Assembly: GCA_004022145.1 (NCBI GenBank)
Contig: RCNU01000003.1
Source of the DNA: Paecilomyces variotii
Lineage: Eukaryota
Length of the DNA: 64,000 nucleotides
Strand: one strand, 5' to 3'
In this document: in pieces, positions 27,101 to 39,449 of the stretch
Layout: the number at the start of each line of letters is the position of its first letter
Position numbering within the stretch: the stretch's first letter is position 1
Position numbers and translations under genes: made by a program
The notes under the pieces: generated by a model
The model's database searches: none
Told to the model about the DNA's origin: nothing
The model's input: only the letters and a program-made list of their open reading frames with translations

Positions 27101-30100
27101 ATAGCTCCAACAGTGAATGGGTGACGGGTTGTTGGAAACAAGGAAATTCAAGACTACCTTCTTGTGTTCTCCACATTCTATTGGTCACTTTGACCGCTTC
27201 GAAGCTCTTTCAATGTCGATTTATTTTAAACGTCATTCTCCACACTTGCAATTATGGACTGGATCACCCGGGGAAATGATGAATTAGAGAAGAGGAGACA
27301 AAAGCATTGGGGTGTTTGCTGTGTCTGCTGTTATGGTTCATTGCGCGGCATTCCCCCCATATGGGCAAGTCTACGATGACGTATTATCCCCATCCACCAT
27401 CGTTCGATCTCCGATCTTCCGCGATTGTATCTTTTCTCCAACTGAGACAGGACCATCCCAATTGCTAGAAACAAGATAATGCGACAAAGTGGCAATGTAT
27501 ATTTTTCACGTTGTTGGAAATGGGAAAAGTCGAACGTATCATGATCGATAGATCTGGTACTTTCCATCATGATCTACCGAGTATACCAAGCAGAACGGGG
27601 ATAACTTCATGTTTCAGTCAGGTACTCCCCAGCCAGGCAGGATTCAGGTGAGTCTCATGACAACTTGACGTAAACAACCGAACTTCCGACGGGGCGTCTG
27701 TAACGATCGAAGTAAGCAAGCAAGCTCTCGTTCAAGACAAACCGATCTGTAAGCGCCAGGAACACCCACCGAGTGCTCCGGCTGACTGCAGCTTTCCATA
27801 TGGTATTTTGGGGGCCTTTTTTTTGAGAAAATTAACATCTCACGTTACCCCGGTAAAGGGCGCCCGGATTCCCGCATATTGACCATTGGGTGTCATGCGG
27901 AGAGTGATCTCTGGATATGGTAAGACAAATAGCTTCAGAGCGGAAGCTGTCTGTCTCTACGGGTACTGTACAATTGATTGATTGATTGATTGATCTTACC
28001 ACGCGAGCGTTATTACCGTTGGCGCCCCTCGCAAGTCTAAGTCCCATCAACATGGCATCATCCATGCGAGAAATGACTTGGGAGTCAGGTCTTATCATCC
28101 ACCTGCTGCCGTGTCAAGGGCCATGTGCTCGATAGAAATGCCATAGCTGGAGGATCTCGGGTGGATACCACCCACTGCTTCCTGCGTTGCAGTTACAATA
28201 CCATAGATAGACATCTCCCGTGCTATCTAAGTCGATATGCTTTTGGGGGGGGCGGTCGCCAGTGTGGACATTAACAAGATAACAACAGTATCAATCAAAT
28301 CGCAGCTAATCACATAATCATAAGCATCAACGGTACCTAGGTATCCCGAAGGATATTCCCGAAAGAGGAAGGTCATCTTTTCTCTCTCTCTCCCCCTCCC
28401 GCCTGCAACCTTGAGCACGAAACATAGTCTACAGTAGCAATTTAATCCCGGATGAACCCATCCAAGACCAGCCCTACCACTGACTAGCCAGCACATCCGC
28501 ATCCCATTCATTTCAGCGATCGGTATGTCGCTCACTTGCTTCCAGGCAGACAGTACTCGACCCCTAACGAAGCCTAGACACGATACCCTTTCCCAAGGAT
28601 GAAAGAAAGGCAAAAAACAGTGAAAACCAAGCCCGAAAAGCTTAGACCGGGGAGGGGGAAAGCATGTGCATGCGCCGCACCTCGCCAGGACAGCGCATCA
28701 GTTACATAGACCACCCATAGACCTAATATACCTACAAAGTAACTTAACTACCTAACTGGTTTTAAAAAACCACTTGCACGTGAATATGCACTCCGGCGAT
28801 AAGTAGGTAGTAGTAGTCACGATACCGAGGAACAAAACAACCAACCCTAGGTACTTACTTACTTAGACCCGACCTGAAGTCCGAAATCAAATAACAATAA
28901 TAACCTAGGAAACAGACAAGTAGCAACAAGATCTTACTGGGCTTAGTCCCAATCCCTGCTCATCGCTACCTACCTAAGTTACCACTCACACACCCCTTCA
29001 TCGCAACCACGACCAGCACCAGCACCAGTAAAACCACCAGGGGTAGATGATTATCGCATGCATGGAAACTGGTGTGTTAGTCGACGGCAACAAGGACCGT
29101 ATCGAGGTTAGTAAAGAGCTGAGTAGTAATATTAAGTAATGGCAATGCGATGATGACTCGACCTCTTGAAGACAAAGAGCTTGGGAGGCCTTCGATAGCA
29201 CAGAGTCCGAGGAGAGGATCACAGGGCCGTAATCTTCGTTTCAGCTAACTTCAGCTTTGATCAACAAGGGGGAATGCGGGATTCTTCAGCCCGGATACCT
29301 TGGAATAATTGATAATCACGAGGGGAAGAATAGATTTATTTTGTGCGCCTCGATGAGACTACGGTCTGTGGGTGCGAGGCCCGCGTTCGTTCTGGTGTCG
29401 CGGGCTGCAGACTAGAATGCTTGTCTCCACTGAAGTACACTTATTACCTACAATAGAACAGCGATTATGTGGAATAGATGGTTTTGAAGACATTGTTTCT
29501 TCTCTCTGAATTCGATAACATACATCAGAAGGCCATGTGGCGCGGTAGCAGCCGAGGCAGAAAAACACAAGTGGTATCCGGTATAAAACAAAGAGACATA
29601 ATAATACGTCACGCACCACTAAGAGGGTGCAATCAGTAGAAAATATGATGACGATGAGGTCCTGAGTCCCATGCAGTATCATAAAGCCAACCCACGTAAA
29701 CAAGGAAGAGAAAACGGTAATCAGAAGAAACCGCCGCCCACCCAGATCCGTGATATGTCACCATAACCTCCATGAAAGAACCCTTGCGATGACATGCAGG
29801 AAAGACCTAAGAGTTCGTACAAGAATGAAGTAGGGGGAATCGGAGGGTGCGCTACTCGAGCACCCTCTAACACAACAGCAAACCCAGACTGCCGCGCAAT
29901 GCGAGTGAAAAACACACAAACATGAGATGGATAAATATGGAGGAAACAGATTCGCCAATACGCAATGCAGTGTCGTGTATAGTGACCCAAAGTAGCAAGA
30001 CTTTTTTTGTTTTGTTGTGCGCCATGTGACCACATCCGAAATCATGACAGCGACCATTCGAAGAAAAGGATGAAGCTGAGATAGATACGTCTTCATCTCA

Positions 30101-30190
30101 CGCTCATTATGAAAATGGGCCACGGAGAAAAGTATATGTGCAGTTAGGAGCAGTGACTTAGATGTCCACGCATATTGAGAACAGTTTGTT

Positions 30191-32017
30191 CTACCATCCT
30201 TTGGCGTGGTACTCCCATGGTCCGTAGTCATTGTAATTGGTCCATGAACTGGTATCCTTGTCCTTTGCTTGGGAGGGATCCTGTCCAGGTTTCTGGTTTC
30301 TTTGGGACCCCTTTGGGCCTGGATACTCCCGCAGGTTGGCCATGTCCTGAGCTGTGTGTCGACGCTTGAAAACAGCATTGGCGGTAGCACTCTTCTGCTG
30401 ACGCTCCCAAAGGAGGTGTCGACGAAGAGATTCGGTAAGCTCAGTGGCAAGCATATTTCGCCTGGTAGTGCGAGGGGAATGAGCCACTGGCTGCTGTGCA
30501 GTAGGCCTCACAATGATGGGTTTCGATCGAGGAACGTCAGGACCACGCATGGTGAGGCTCTCCTCATCCTCTTCCGGGGGAGACGTGGGGATGGACGGAC
30601 CATTGGGCGAGGAGAGACGGGAGCGTGCAAGAGCTGGTGTCGATCGGGATCCCATCTTTTCGGGTTGGTGCATCATCATCGTCAAGAGGGAACGGCGGGA
30701 CACAAGGTTTGGTCGCGAGTCGACGCGCTGGAAAAGTTCCTTGTCGTCAACGCTCGATCGTCCGCTTTCTGTCACCGAGTCTTCCCAATCAGATGAATCC
30801 TCGTCGTCTTCGATAGCGCTCTCTGAGATTTCGTCTTCCGTCTCAATGGCATCCTCATCCTCAGGACCAATCTCCTTGATGGGTTTGATGCGCCTTGTCT
30901 CGACCGTGTCCTTGAACGATGCCACTTTCTTGTTCGGGCTTGGAGTAGTAGAAGCAGGCTTCTGCAGCTCCTCCGCGAGGGAGCTGCGGTGAGGAGCCGG
31001 CGACGCCATACGCTCTTCAAAGGAGCTCTCATCGTCACCAGATGATCCGCCCAGTGTGAACATCCCTCCCTTCCTCTTCATCAGTGGCGACGGCTTGAGA
31101 GTAGGTTCTGGTGACGTCTTCGCGGGACTGGGTTCCGCTGCAAGCCTCGCCTGCGATCGATACGATGCAGAGATCTGGGAAGGGGAGAATCCGCGTACGA
31201 TGCTAGGAGACTTGGCGAGACCCGGCCTCGCCGTAGGAATAGCATCGGACGATATGCTGGTATCGGAACCGGCAGTCACCGCAGCATCGCTGTCGTTAGC
31301 CTCGGGTGCTGTGGTCGAGCACGATTCCGTGGACTGAAGGGGGTGTCTGACGGGAGTGGGACGAGCGGGCGCATGTGCGGTCTGCATCGAGGGAGCAACG
31401 GTAGCGGGCGAGGGAGTTGGCGACGGGGTGGGCGAAGAAGGTCTGGGAGTGACATCGACCACAGATGTAGTATCCACCGGCGTCATGATAGGTGAGAGTG
31501 GCTCGAGATTCTTCTTCTCCTTGATGTTCAGGACCATCCTCTCAAGACCCATAGATGTGATGTGCTTCTCCTTTCCCGTGCGAATGCTGTAATCATCGCT
31601 CACAACCGTGGGCTTGTGCTCGAGGGTCCTGGGTCGCTTGATGTGAGACTCGATTCTCTCCGCCTGGTCGGATGCTGCAGACTCGACACTTGCGGAGAGT
31701 TCAGGGACATCAGGAGCCTCCTGGCGCAGGAGTGGCAGAACGGAGGTATCGCACTCGCTTTCCGGCTCGACACAGAAAGTCTCCCGGGTCCAGAGCCGCC
31801 AGCTCAGGTTCTCCAGTCGTCTGCCCTCCTCCATGTAGTCTGCACATTTCGAGAAAACTGAATATCACATGTCAGCAGACCCTTACTACCAGAGCACCAG
31901 GGGGATGGACAACTCACCCATCCACATCCCGTGGAGGCTCTGTACACTGGCCGTGTCGACCTTGCGGATTTTACCGGCGTCCACCGTGAGGACGGGTGTA
32001 GATAGTCGTGAAGGCAT
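30191..32017 (-). CDS. DUF1752 (RLENLSWR) + DUF3295 regulatory protein, Mks1-like
   Basis: Exons 32017-31918 and 31857-30191 (intron GTGAGT..TTCAG). Motifs PVLTVD..LHGMWMVFSKCADYMEEGRRLENLSWRLW, IVRGFSP, MFTLGGSSG, SDWEDS, LFQRVDSRPNLVSRRSLLT, SPRTTRRNMLATELTESLRRHLLWER; C-terminus YHAKGW. Confidence 0.9.
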
Positions 32018-32519
32018 GATATCGAAGCCACAATTCCGTCTGTGGGAAGTAGTGTCTAGAACCGACGTTGTCGTCGGAAGGTGTAAAGTCGTGATCGTGT
32101 TGGGGCCGCCGTCTTCCCCGAGCGTAACCGTACGGCGCGTCAAGTGTGGGTGATAACTCTCTTTCCTATGGAAGAACTTCCCGTCTGGAACTTCCTTGGG
32201 CTCACAACAGTCGATCTGTTGCGCGAAAGTCGTCTATAGAGACGACAGGCAGATGTTTGTCTGTGGTAGTAGTTCGGTGTGGATCCCAAGATGAAAAGCT
32301 CTCTCGCCGCTAAGCAGAGGCGCTAGAACTGTGAATTGGCGTGTATTGCTCGCACCAGATGAAAATCCCCCGTTGATGAGGGAGTAAGGAGGAGGAAATC
32401 GCCGTGGCGAACAAACAAGTTCTCCCTGTGATTCTTGTTGGCGTTAAAACACGCTGCAGACACCACACACAAAAGTATACTGCCGATTAACGGTGGTCCG
32501 GGTGTGAAAGATCGGCAGG

Positions 32520-32700
32520 GAATGTGAGGTGAGCAGGTGTCGATTGTCGAGGGAGAGTGATTGAGACGGGAAAGGAAGGTATGTGGGTTAGAGGAGGAAT
32601 GGAGAGATAGAGTTGGAGAGTAAGAGAGAGGAAGAGAAGAGTACGGAGTAATGGGGATGTAGGGGAATATGGGGGAATATGACGACGAAGAGGGATGGGG
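32520..32700 (-). promoter_or_regulatory. Pyrimidine-rich (CT-box) tract, likely core promoter/TSS region of the DUF1752/DUF3295 gene
   Basis: + strand is strongly GA-rich (GGAGAGATAGAGTTGGAGAGTAAGAGAGAGGAAGAGAAGAG), so CT-rich on the coding strand 0.5-0.7 kb upstream of the ATG. Confidence 0.45.
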
Positions 32701-34999
32701 AGGACGAGTGGTTTTGATACCGTGGCGTACGATACGAGGGTGGTTAAGTTACCTGGGGGCGAAGGTGCAGAAAATGGCCACCCGCGCTAAGCAAGCCGAC
32801 GACGATACCGAGGGACAGGTTCTTGTGCCTCAGCGTGAAGGAGGTGGGGAGGGCGGTAAGGCACTAGTGCTAAGCCCATGGGTCTGGTCGGGTCCGGCGA
32901 GTTCTGGCTGCTCCCTTGGGGAGAAACTCCCGATGTACCCCGTCGGTCCGTCAGTACCGTTATTTATTTCCGTCATAACATACCGTATTTTTACCGGTCT
33001 GTTTCCGTCGTGCTCCGTTACCGTCTCCATTACATTACATACAGTACATACTTACAGGCTATGGTAAACCAGGTAAACCATAGTCTGGTCGTAGCGAGGG
33101 AAACTAGAGTACTACTAGTTACTGGTATCTAGTCTACCATACGGCCTACGCAGGAGTGGGGAGCAGCAGATGCCTTCTTCTCTCCTACGGCATATTCCCG
33201 GAGGATCAGCTTCACCACTACGGAGTACTTTGCTCCTTGCCTGGTTCCCGCTCCTTCTGAGCAGTGAGCACACCGTTCAACGAAGATAGATACTCCAGAG
33301 ATGGTCGTGTAGCTGAAACGCAGTCTCCTGCTCTCTTGTATAGTCGCACATGAGACCAGTGGCTGTCAGCGCCCCGTCGTCCAGAATTGTCACATTGCTG
33401 TTTCCGCCGTTGGCTACGACTCGTTCATCCTGCGCGGAATAGGATAACTAGATAGCCACTGCACTGCGCCTGTCTGCTACCAGCGTAACTGAACTTTACT
33501 GAAGCGATTATTTGCTGGGCATCATCCGATGGCTTGTTTCGGCTGCCGAACTCATGAGCCACAACGATCCAACGGTTCCCCCGGATTTTTGATGGCTGAA
33601 CTCTTGTCTCCAGTGGCCAACTCCACGATGATCCTCACCTATCACGGATGCCTTTGTCGCCTCGTTCTCTCCTCGTCCGGCTGAATGGAGGAGGTTGAGC
33701 TGGAGTTCAAGTTACAGAGTATGTACTATTGTGCAGTAATTCTCATTCTACCGCGTCCAGGACAGAACATGATCTACTTTTAGCCTGGACTTCTCACGGA
33801 CGAGTCAGGGGTGCCTTGCTGCGGGGATCGCAGGAGAGGCTTTCCGATCTAAAGATCGTCCGCTCCTGGAACACTTCATCTTCACCCAGATGCCGATCCA
33901 TCTCTTGAGGCTGTCATTGTTCTTGTCATGAGACCGTTTGCGATCCTTCGTTGATGAGTTGTCCAGGCCCATTAGGTCATGTTGCAATATCCCCGTGCGA
34001 TGCCTCGCAGATCCCTACCTACCAGCTGGATAAAAAAAGAGATAACCATGTAAACACGAGATCTGCAATATCTGTCCGTTTCTAAAGTTGGACTGATACA
34101 CGACTCGATAATGGGATGCGTGGCTGGCGAGTGTTGTTACTACTGCAGCAGCACTGCTACTAAACGGCCGACATGTTCTGAAGAATAACGTTGAAGCTTG
34201 TGATCACGTTGTCACGGGGCTGCGCGTGACCCTCCAGCTTTTCTCTTTAAATCCCCGCAAACAGTCAAAGCAGCTATCGATGGCCTGGACGCAACGAGAT
34301 AGAATTTGCACTCTAAAAACACTCGAGGGCGAATTACTGTATAAAGAGAAGAAAAATTCGAAGACGATTCTAGCCGTGAGGCTATGCGCCATTTATCTCA
34401 ACAAGCTCAGACGCTCGCCAAAGGTTTAATGCTTTAACTATACTATTTAGGAACTAGTGCAAACTAGCTTAATATACTAAGCCAATAATATTTAAGCGGC
34501 TATATTAAACCCAATATAATAGTCACAAGAAAATTCTTTAGTAAGCGTCTGAGAATAAATAGTTATAATTTGTTAATAAAACTTACCAATTTCACCCTCT
34601 TTAAATAGTATTATTAAACTTCAACAATAAATAACTCTACTAATTATTAACTAATTTAATTAGAGTTAAATATTATAGATTTAGCTAGTAATTATCTATT
34701 GATTCATATATATATTAAGATATTAAGATAATTTGCTGATATCGAGTTATCGCGTTAAAGTATTTAGGTTAGATTTTATAAAAGCTCACCATTAACCTCT
34801 AGGCTATTCTAAAGACTTAATATCGCTTAAACATATTATCTAACCTTATATCTGAACTTCCGCAAATTCTTAAATTAATAAATAAGATTATTTTAAACCT
34901 CTATAAACTCCTAGGCCATATAGTAAAAAAGGAAAAAATAAAGGAGAAAGATAAATAAAGTTGATAATATAAATTTTATAAAAATATATAACTTTAAAT

Positions 35000-37400
35000 A
35001 GCAATAAGAGATTCCTTTACTTTAATATTAGCTAAAATACCTAAGATAAAGCTTAATAACTTACTATTAGTAATAAAGGCTTTTATTAAAGAAGATAATA
35101 TCCCTCAGCAGTATTATATAATTGAAGCTTATCTAAAATATATACTTAAAGAGATAAATCTAGTATCTAGGCATTCCCTATATCTAGAATAGATTTGAAT
35201 ATTTTGTTGACTAATATATAGCTATAATAATACTCTTCTTATTATATAGATAAGATTTAGAAAGAGTCTTATTCTTTATTCTTTCTCAATTTTAATAGGG
35301 AAGATAACTCTTTAAATAATCCCTCTAAATAAGCTTGCTAAGGAGCAAATATAAGATATTAAAAGGCTCTATAAGATAAACCTATATATTATTAATAATA
35401 AGACTAAATAATAGAATTAAGATCTTATTCAAAATATTAAAGCTAGCATATATATATATATACTTCTGAGCCCTAAATAAGCCATATTGAAAGTCTTCCT
35501 AAATATATTATTAAGGCCAAAAATATAAGCTAGAATTAGTCTTATAACAATTAATAAATGCTATCTTATTATATAATAGGAGATATTCTAACCTAAATTT
35601 ACTATATTAGGCAAATTATAATTGCTTTTAAAATAGAATATTATTTAATTTAGCTATTCTATAATATTTATTAAAGATAAAAAGAAAGCAATTATTTAAA
35701 GAGCTGGCTTTAAAGCTATTAGAGATTAACCCTATTAAATAAAAATTATTTGGACCTCTATTAATTAGAAGAATATATTTATTTATATCCTACCTATTCT
35801 ATATAGGAAGTTATCTTCTTTTAAGGCATTATACTTCTTTTTAAATAATGCTGTTAAAGATAATAAAGCAATACCTAAATAAATATTAAAAACAATTATC
35901 TTTATAAATAATATTTAGAAGATTAAAATAGCAATAGAATATTTTTATTAAATACTTTTAATAAAGACTACACTATTATCATCTAACCATCAGTATTTAA
36001 AGATAAAAGACAGCCTTTATTCAGTTAATTTAGTGATCTAGACCTTTATTTTATATATTTCATCTTATAACTAAGGGATTTATTTTAATAAATTTAAATC
36101 TGCTTTATCAAAAATACGCATTATAATAACAATAACCGCCCTTAGAATAAGAATTAATATACCTAATATTAAGCATATTATTAATTAGAAGTTCCCAATT
36201 AGTTTAGATATCTATAATATCTAGTAATAAATAAGATATAATAGCCATAAAAAGGGTTAAATAAGTAAAGATTATATTATACTTCTATATTAGATATTTA
36301 ACTTAAAGAATATAGATAGACTTAAGAAGCAGATATTATTTCCTATAATTATTTAAACTCTAAAGCTATAGTCTTAATATACCTAATTAACTAAGTCAAT
36401 TATATTAAAAGATATTAATAATACTAAAAGCATCTTATTATTAATCTTTATAAGAAGTTAAGATCTTATACTTAAAAAGAGATATTAGAATTAAAAAGAG
36501 ATAGAAACTTAATCTAAACTTCCTAATTATTAGAAGCAGATTATTAATAGGCCTTATTATTAGAAAGTATTTCTATCTTATCTAGGTAAGAATAAGATAT
36601 CCCTATATATTAAAATATTACTCTTATTAGCATAGGATTATTATAATAAATATAATCTATTATAGATCCTAATATTTATTATACCTTTAGAGGAAGAAAA
36701 ACCTATAAAGAAATTATATAACAGAAGTCGCGCAGGTATTATACTAGAATTATTTAATTAATAGGCCACTTTATAAGTAGAGTTAATATATCCTTACCTA
36801 AATTAATATTTCCTTATAATATCTACTATTTTTATAAGCCAGGACTACTAATAGCAACTATCAGCCTTATATAGCTTAAAAAAGATAACCTTTAATGCAG
36901 AGTTTAATAAGCTTATTATATAAGCTCTATTAGTTAAAAAATAGTGATTTAAAGAATAGTATAATAATAATTTAATCTAATAATTATAATATATAGTTCA
37001 GAAAATTAATAATCTATATATAATAAGGAGGTTAGCTTAGATTTAAAACCAGAACTAGCAATATAAAGATATTTATTAGTCAGATATCTCCCTTAATATA
37101 AGAGAAAGATATGCCAAGTTTATTTAACAGAAAGATAATTCTCTTACTATATAATTAATAAGATAAACTACAGCTAAAAAATTATAAGCAGAATATTTAA
37201 TCCCCTGCTTATTAGTTTAGATACTAATAATATTATTACAAGAAATATCTCTAGAGCTATATAAATTAAATAGACTAGGTAATTTATCAAATAGATTAAC
37301 TAAAGGGACAGCTAATATATAAATTAAATCATTATCTCTTTTAAGGACCCCTTCTTAGAAGAGATAGATTAATTAAATATTAGAAACTCTAGTTAAGCAA
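35000..37400 (+). pseudogene. RIP-destroyed RecQ-like SF2 helicase of the element (copy 1)
   Basis: Reversing C>T/G>A with both copies gives motif I LLIAQTGFGKSL (~35235-35270), Ia IIPLNKLAEEQ, II IDECHLVxQWExFRPEF (~35550-35600), III FGCSATL, IV KTIIFVD, V VATTALGMGIDxPD (~36125-36170), VI IWQRIGRGGR (~36220-36250), then Cys pairs resembling the RecQ Zn module. Ends approximate. Confidence 0.85.
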
Positions 37401-37575
37401 TAACCTTTATAAGAATAGAGTCCTAATAAAAAGCTTATATAAATGCTTATAATAAAAAATAAAAGGATTAAGACTTTAATAATAATTAAGAGAGAGAACT
37501 TTTTAATATTAAAAGAGTAATAATATAGATATTAGGATAAAGAGTCTTATTAGGATATATCTAAACTTATGCCAG

Positions 37576-37655
37576 CTTTTAGATTATCTTAAAGACTTTT
37601 AGATTATCTTAAAAACTGCTAGATTATTCTAAGAATTACTGGGTTATCCTTAGCC
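37576..37655 (+). repeat. Four degenerate 20-bp tandem repeats inside the element
   Basis: Unit ~CTTTTAGATTATCTTAAAGA. The same array is in copy 2 at ~52757-52842, with a 6-bp insertion. Confidence 0.7.
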
Positions 37656-38099
37656 AATAAAAATATATGTTTATATAATATAATATAATAGATTCACTAA
37701 ATATCAGCTTTATTTAAGTAGAAATAAATATGCCTATATAATTCTAACCCCTTCTCTTTTTCTTTAAAATAATAAACTTTAAGATAGCCTGCTCTCCTAT
37801 AATTTAAGTATTTAGCTATCCTATTATAGTCTCTTTTAATAAGAGAGATATACTAGCTGCTATTATAATAATTCTAAGAGAAGCTCTCTAATTTAAAGTA
37901 GAGCCTTGCCTTTTCCTATATAAATATATTAGCTCCAGATATTATTAAATAAGACTAATATATCTAATATCTAGCCCTCCTCTCCTACCTTATCTTTATT
38001 AGTTAGTTAAAATAATAGCAGATTAGCAGAGTTAGAATAGAATAATTAAATATATAATTTAGCCCTCCCCTATCTCTAAGTCTACTGTTACCTACCCTC

Positions 38100-38830
38100 T
38101 TGCTATTATTAAAAAACCTACTACAGATTTTTAATCTACTTTTTATAGCTAAAATAAACTATAATAATAATAATAATAATAATTTTGCTGGGCCTATTTT
38201 AGATAATAATCTAGAGATAGTTCTATAAGTAATAATACTATTAAAAAAGGATAGATACTAATATATTTATAATAAAACTCTATCCTTAATACCTATAATT
38301 TTTATTATTATAACCCTATCTTCTCTAAATATTATTATACCTGCTCTTAGTCTTATATAAAAATAATATAATTAGTCTTAAACAGCCGATTAGCCATATT
38401 TACCTTAAATATAGACCCCCAGAGATAAAATAATAAAGGCATATACCCCTATAGCTATTAGGAAGTGGTAATCCTTTAGATAAAAAGACTTAGAATATTT
38501 TAACCCTAACAAATAGTATGATATTGGTTATATCAGCTATATTATAGAGACCAAGTTAGGTAAATAACTCTTTAAGAAAGATAGATATATAGCCTGCCAG
38601 CTTTATAATAAAAAATATTAAGTCTATTCTATAAAGGATGCCTAATAGATATATAGGCCTAAGGATACCTATATTTACTATTGTTTAGCTGCTTGCGCTA
38701 AAGGCTATAGCTTAAATAAGCAATATAAATAGGCCCTCTTATTACTACTGCCCCTTCCTTAAACTTTATTATTAAAAAGGGGTCCTCTTTTTAATACTAA
38801 TAGCAATATTATTATAGTTTAATAAGTACT
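38100..38830 (+). pseudogene. RIP-destroyed third ORF: acidic tract + Zn2Cys6-like six-cysteine motif (copy 1)
   Basis: One frame has (AAT)n at 38163-38183 (RIPped poly-Asp). From 38586 it reads TAT-x2-TGC-x6-TAT-x17-TAT-x2-TAT-x8-TAT, which de-RIPs to C-x2-C-x6-C-x17-C-x2-C-x8-C, in context METKLGE..CxACQ...ECWVYSxKGAQQ..RPGDTCxxCRLAARAKGCS. Five of the six Cys are inferred from TAT<TGT. Confidence 0.55.
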
Positions 38831-38865
38831 AATATATGATTTAAGTTAGGTATACTCTATCTACC

Positions 38866-39101
38866 AATTGCTCTACTTTATAAGTAAGCTTTAACCAGGT
38901 CCTTAATAATCAGTAGGCTATATAGCCAAATACTTTAAGATATTCTAGAAGGGCCTAATTATAAGTATTAATTAGTAATATAATAATTTTTATATTAATT
39001 GCTCTATTTTATAGATAAGCTTTAATTAGATCCTTAATAATTAATAGGCTATATAGCCAAATGCTTTAAGATATCTTAAAAAGGCCTAATTATAAGTATT
39101 A
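38866..39101 (+). repeat. ~105-bp direct repeat (period 131 bp) between ORF3 and the transposase 3' end
   Basis: AATTGCTCTA...GGCCTAATTATAAGTATTA at 38866-38970 and 38997-39101; also present in copy 2 (~54053-54288). Confidence 0.8.
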
Positions 39102-39449
39102 GCTATTATACTATATCTATTAGGCTGAGTTAATATTAATAAATAAAAGGGGGGAGGATATTAAAATCAGACTCTATACTTTTATATAATAATACCTAGG
39201 CAATATAGTCTAGAGCTAATCTAGAGCATAACTAAATAAAGATATAATTAGTTTATTAGAATAGCTAATATAGACCCTCTTATATTATATTTTACCTTAT
39301 TTTATATATAGAGCTCTTTAATTAAATAATATATATTAAGCCTCTTATTATTAAATCAGGAGTTTAAGAAAATAAATAATTATATGCTTTTTATATATTA
39401 ATCTCTTAATACTAGCTTAGGAGTTTTAGGGACTTAAGGGTTATATATT

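Noticed and set aside
34226-34429. Short ORF apparently interrupted by copy 1 (frame continues ~35 codons across the empty site)
   Set aside because: No recognisable protein features; length compatible with chance.
35000-37400. Host RecQ (Sgs1/MusN) or telomere-linked helicase gene
   Set aside because: It lies inside TIRs with a DUF6589 transposase, is duplicated with the element, and no telomeric repeats are present.
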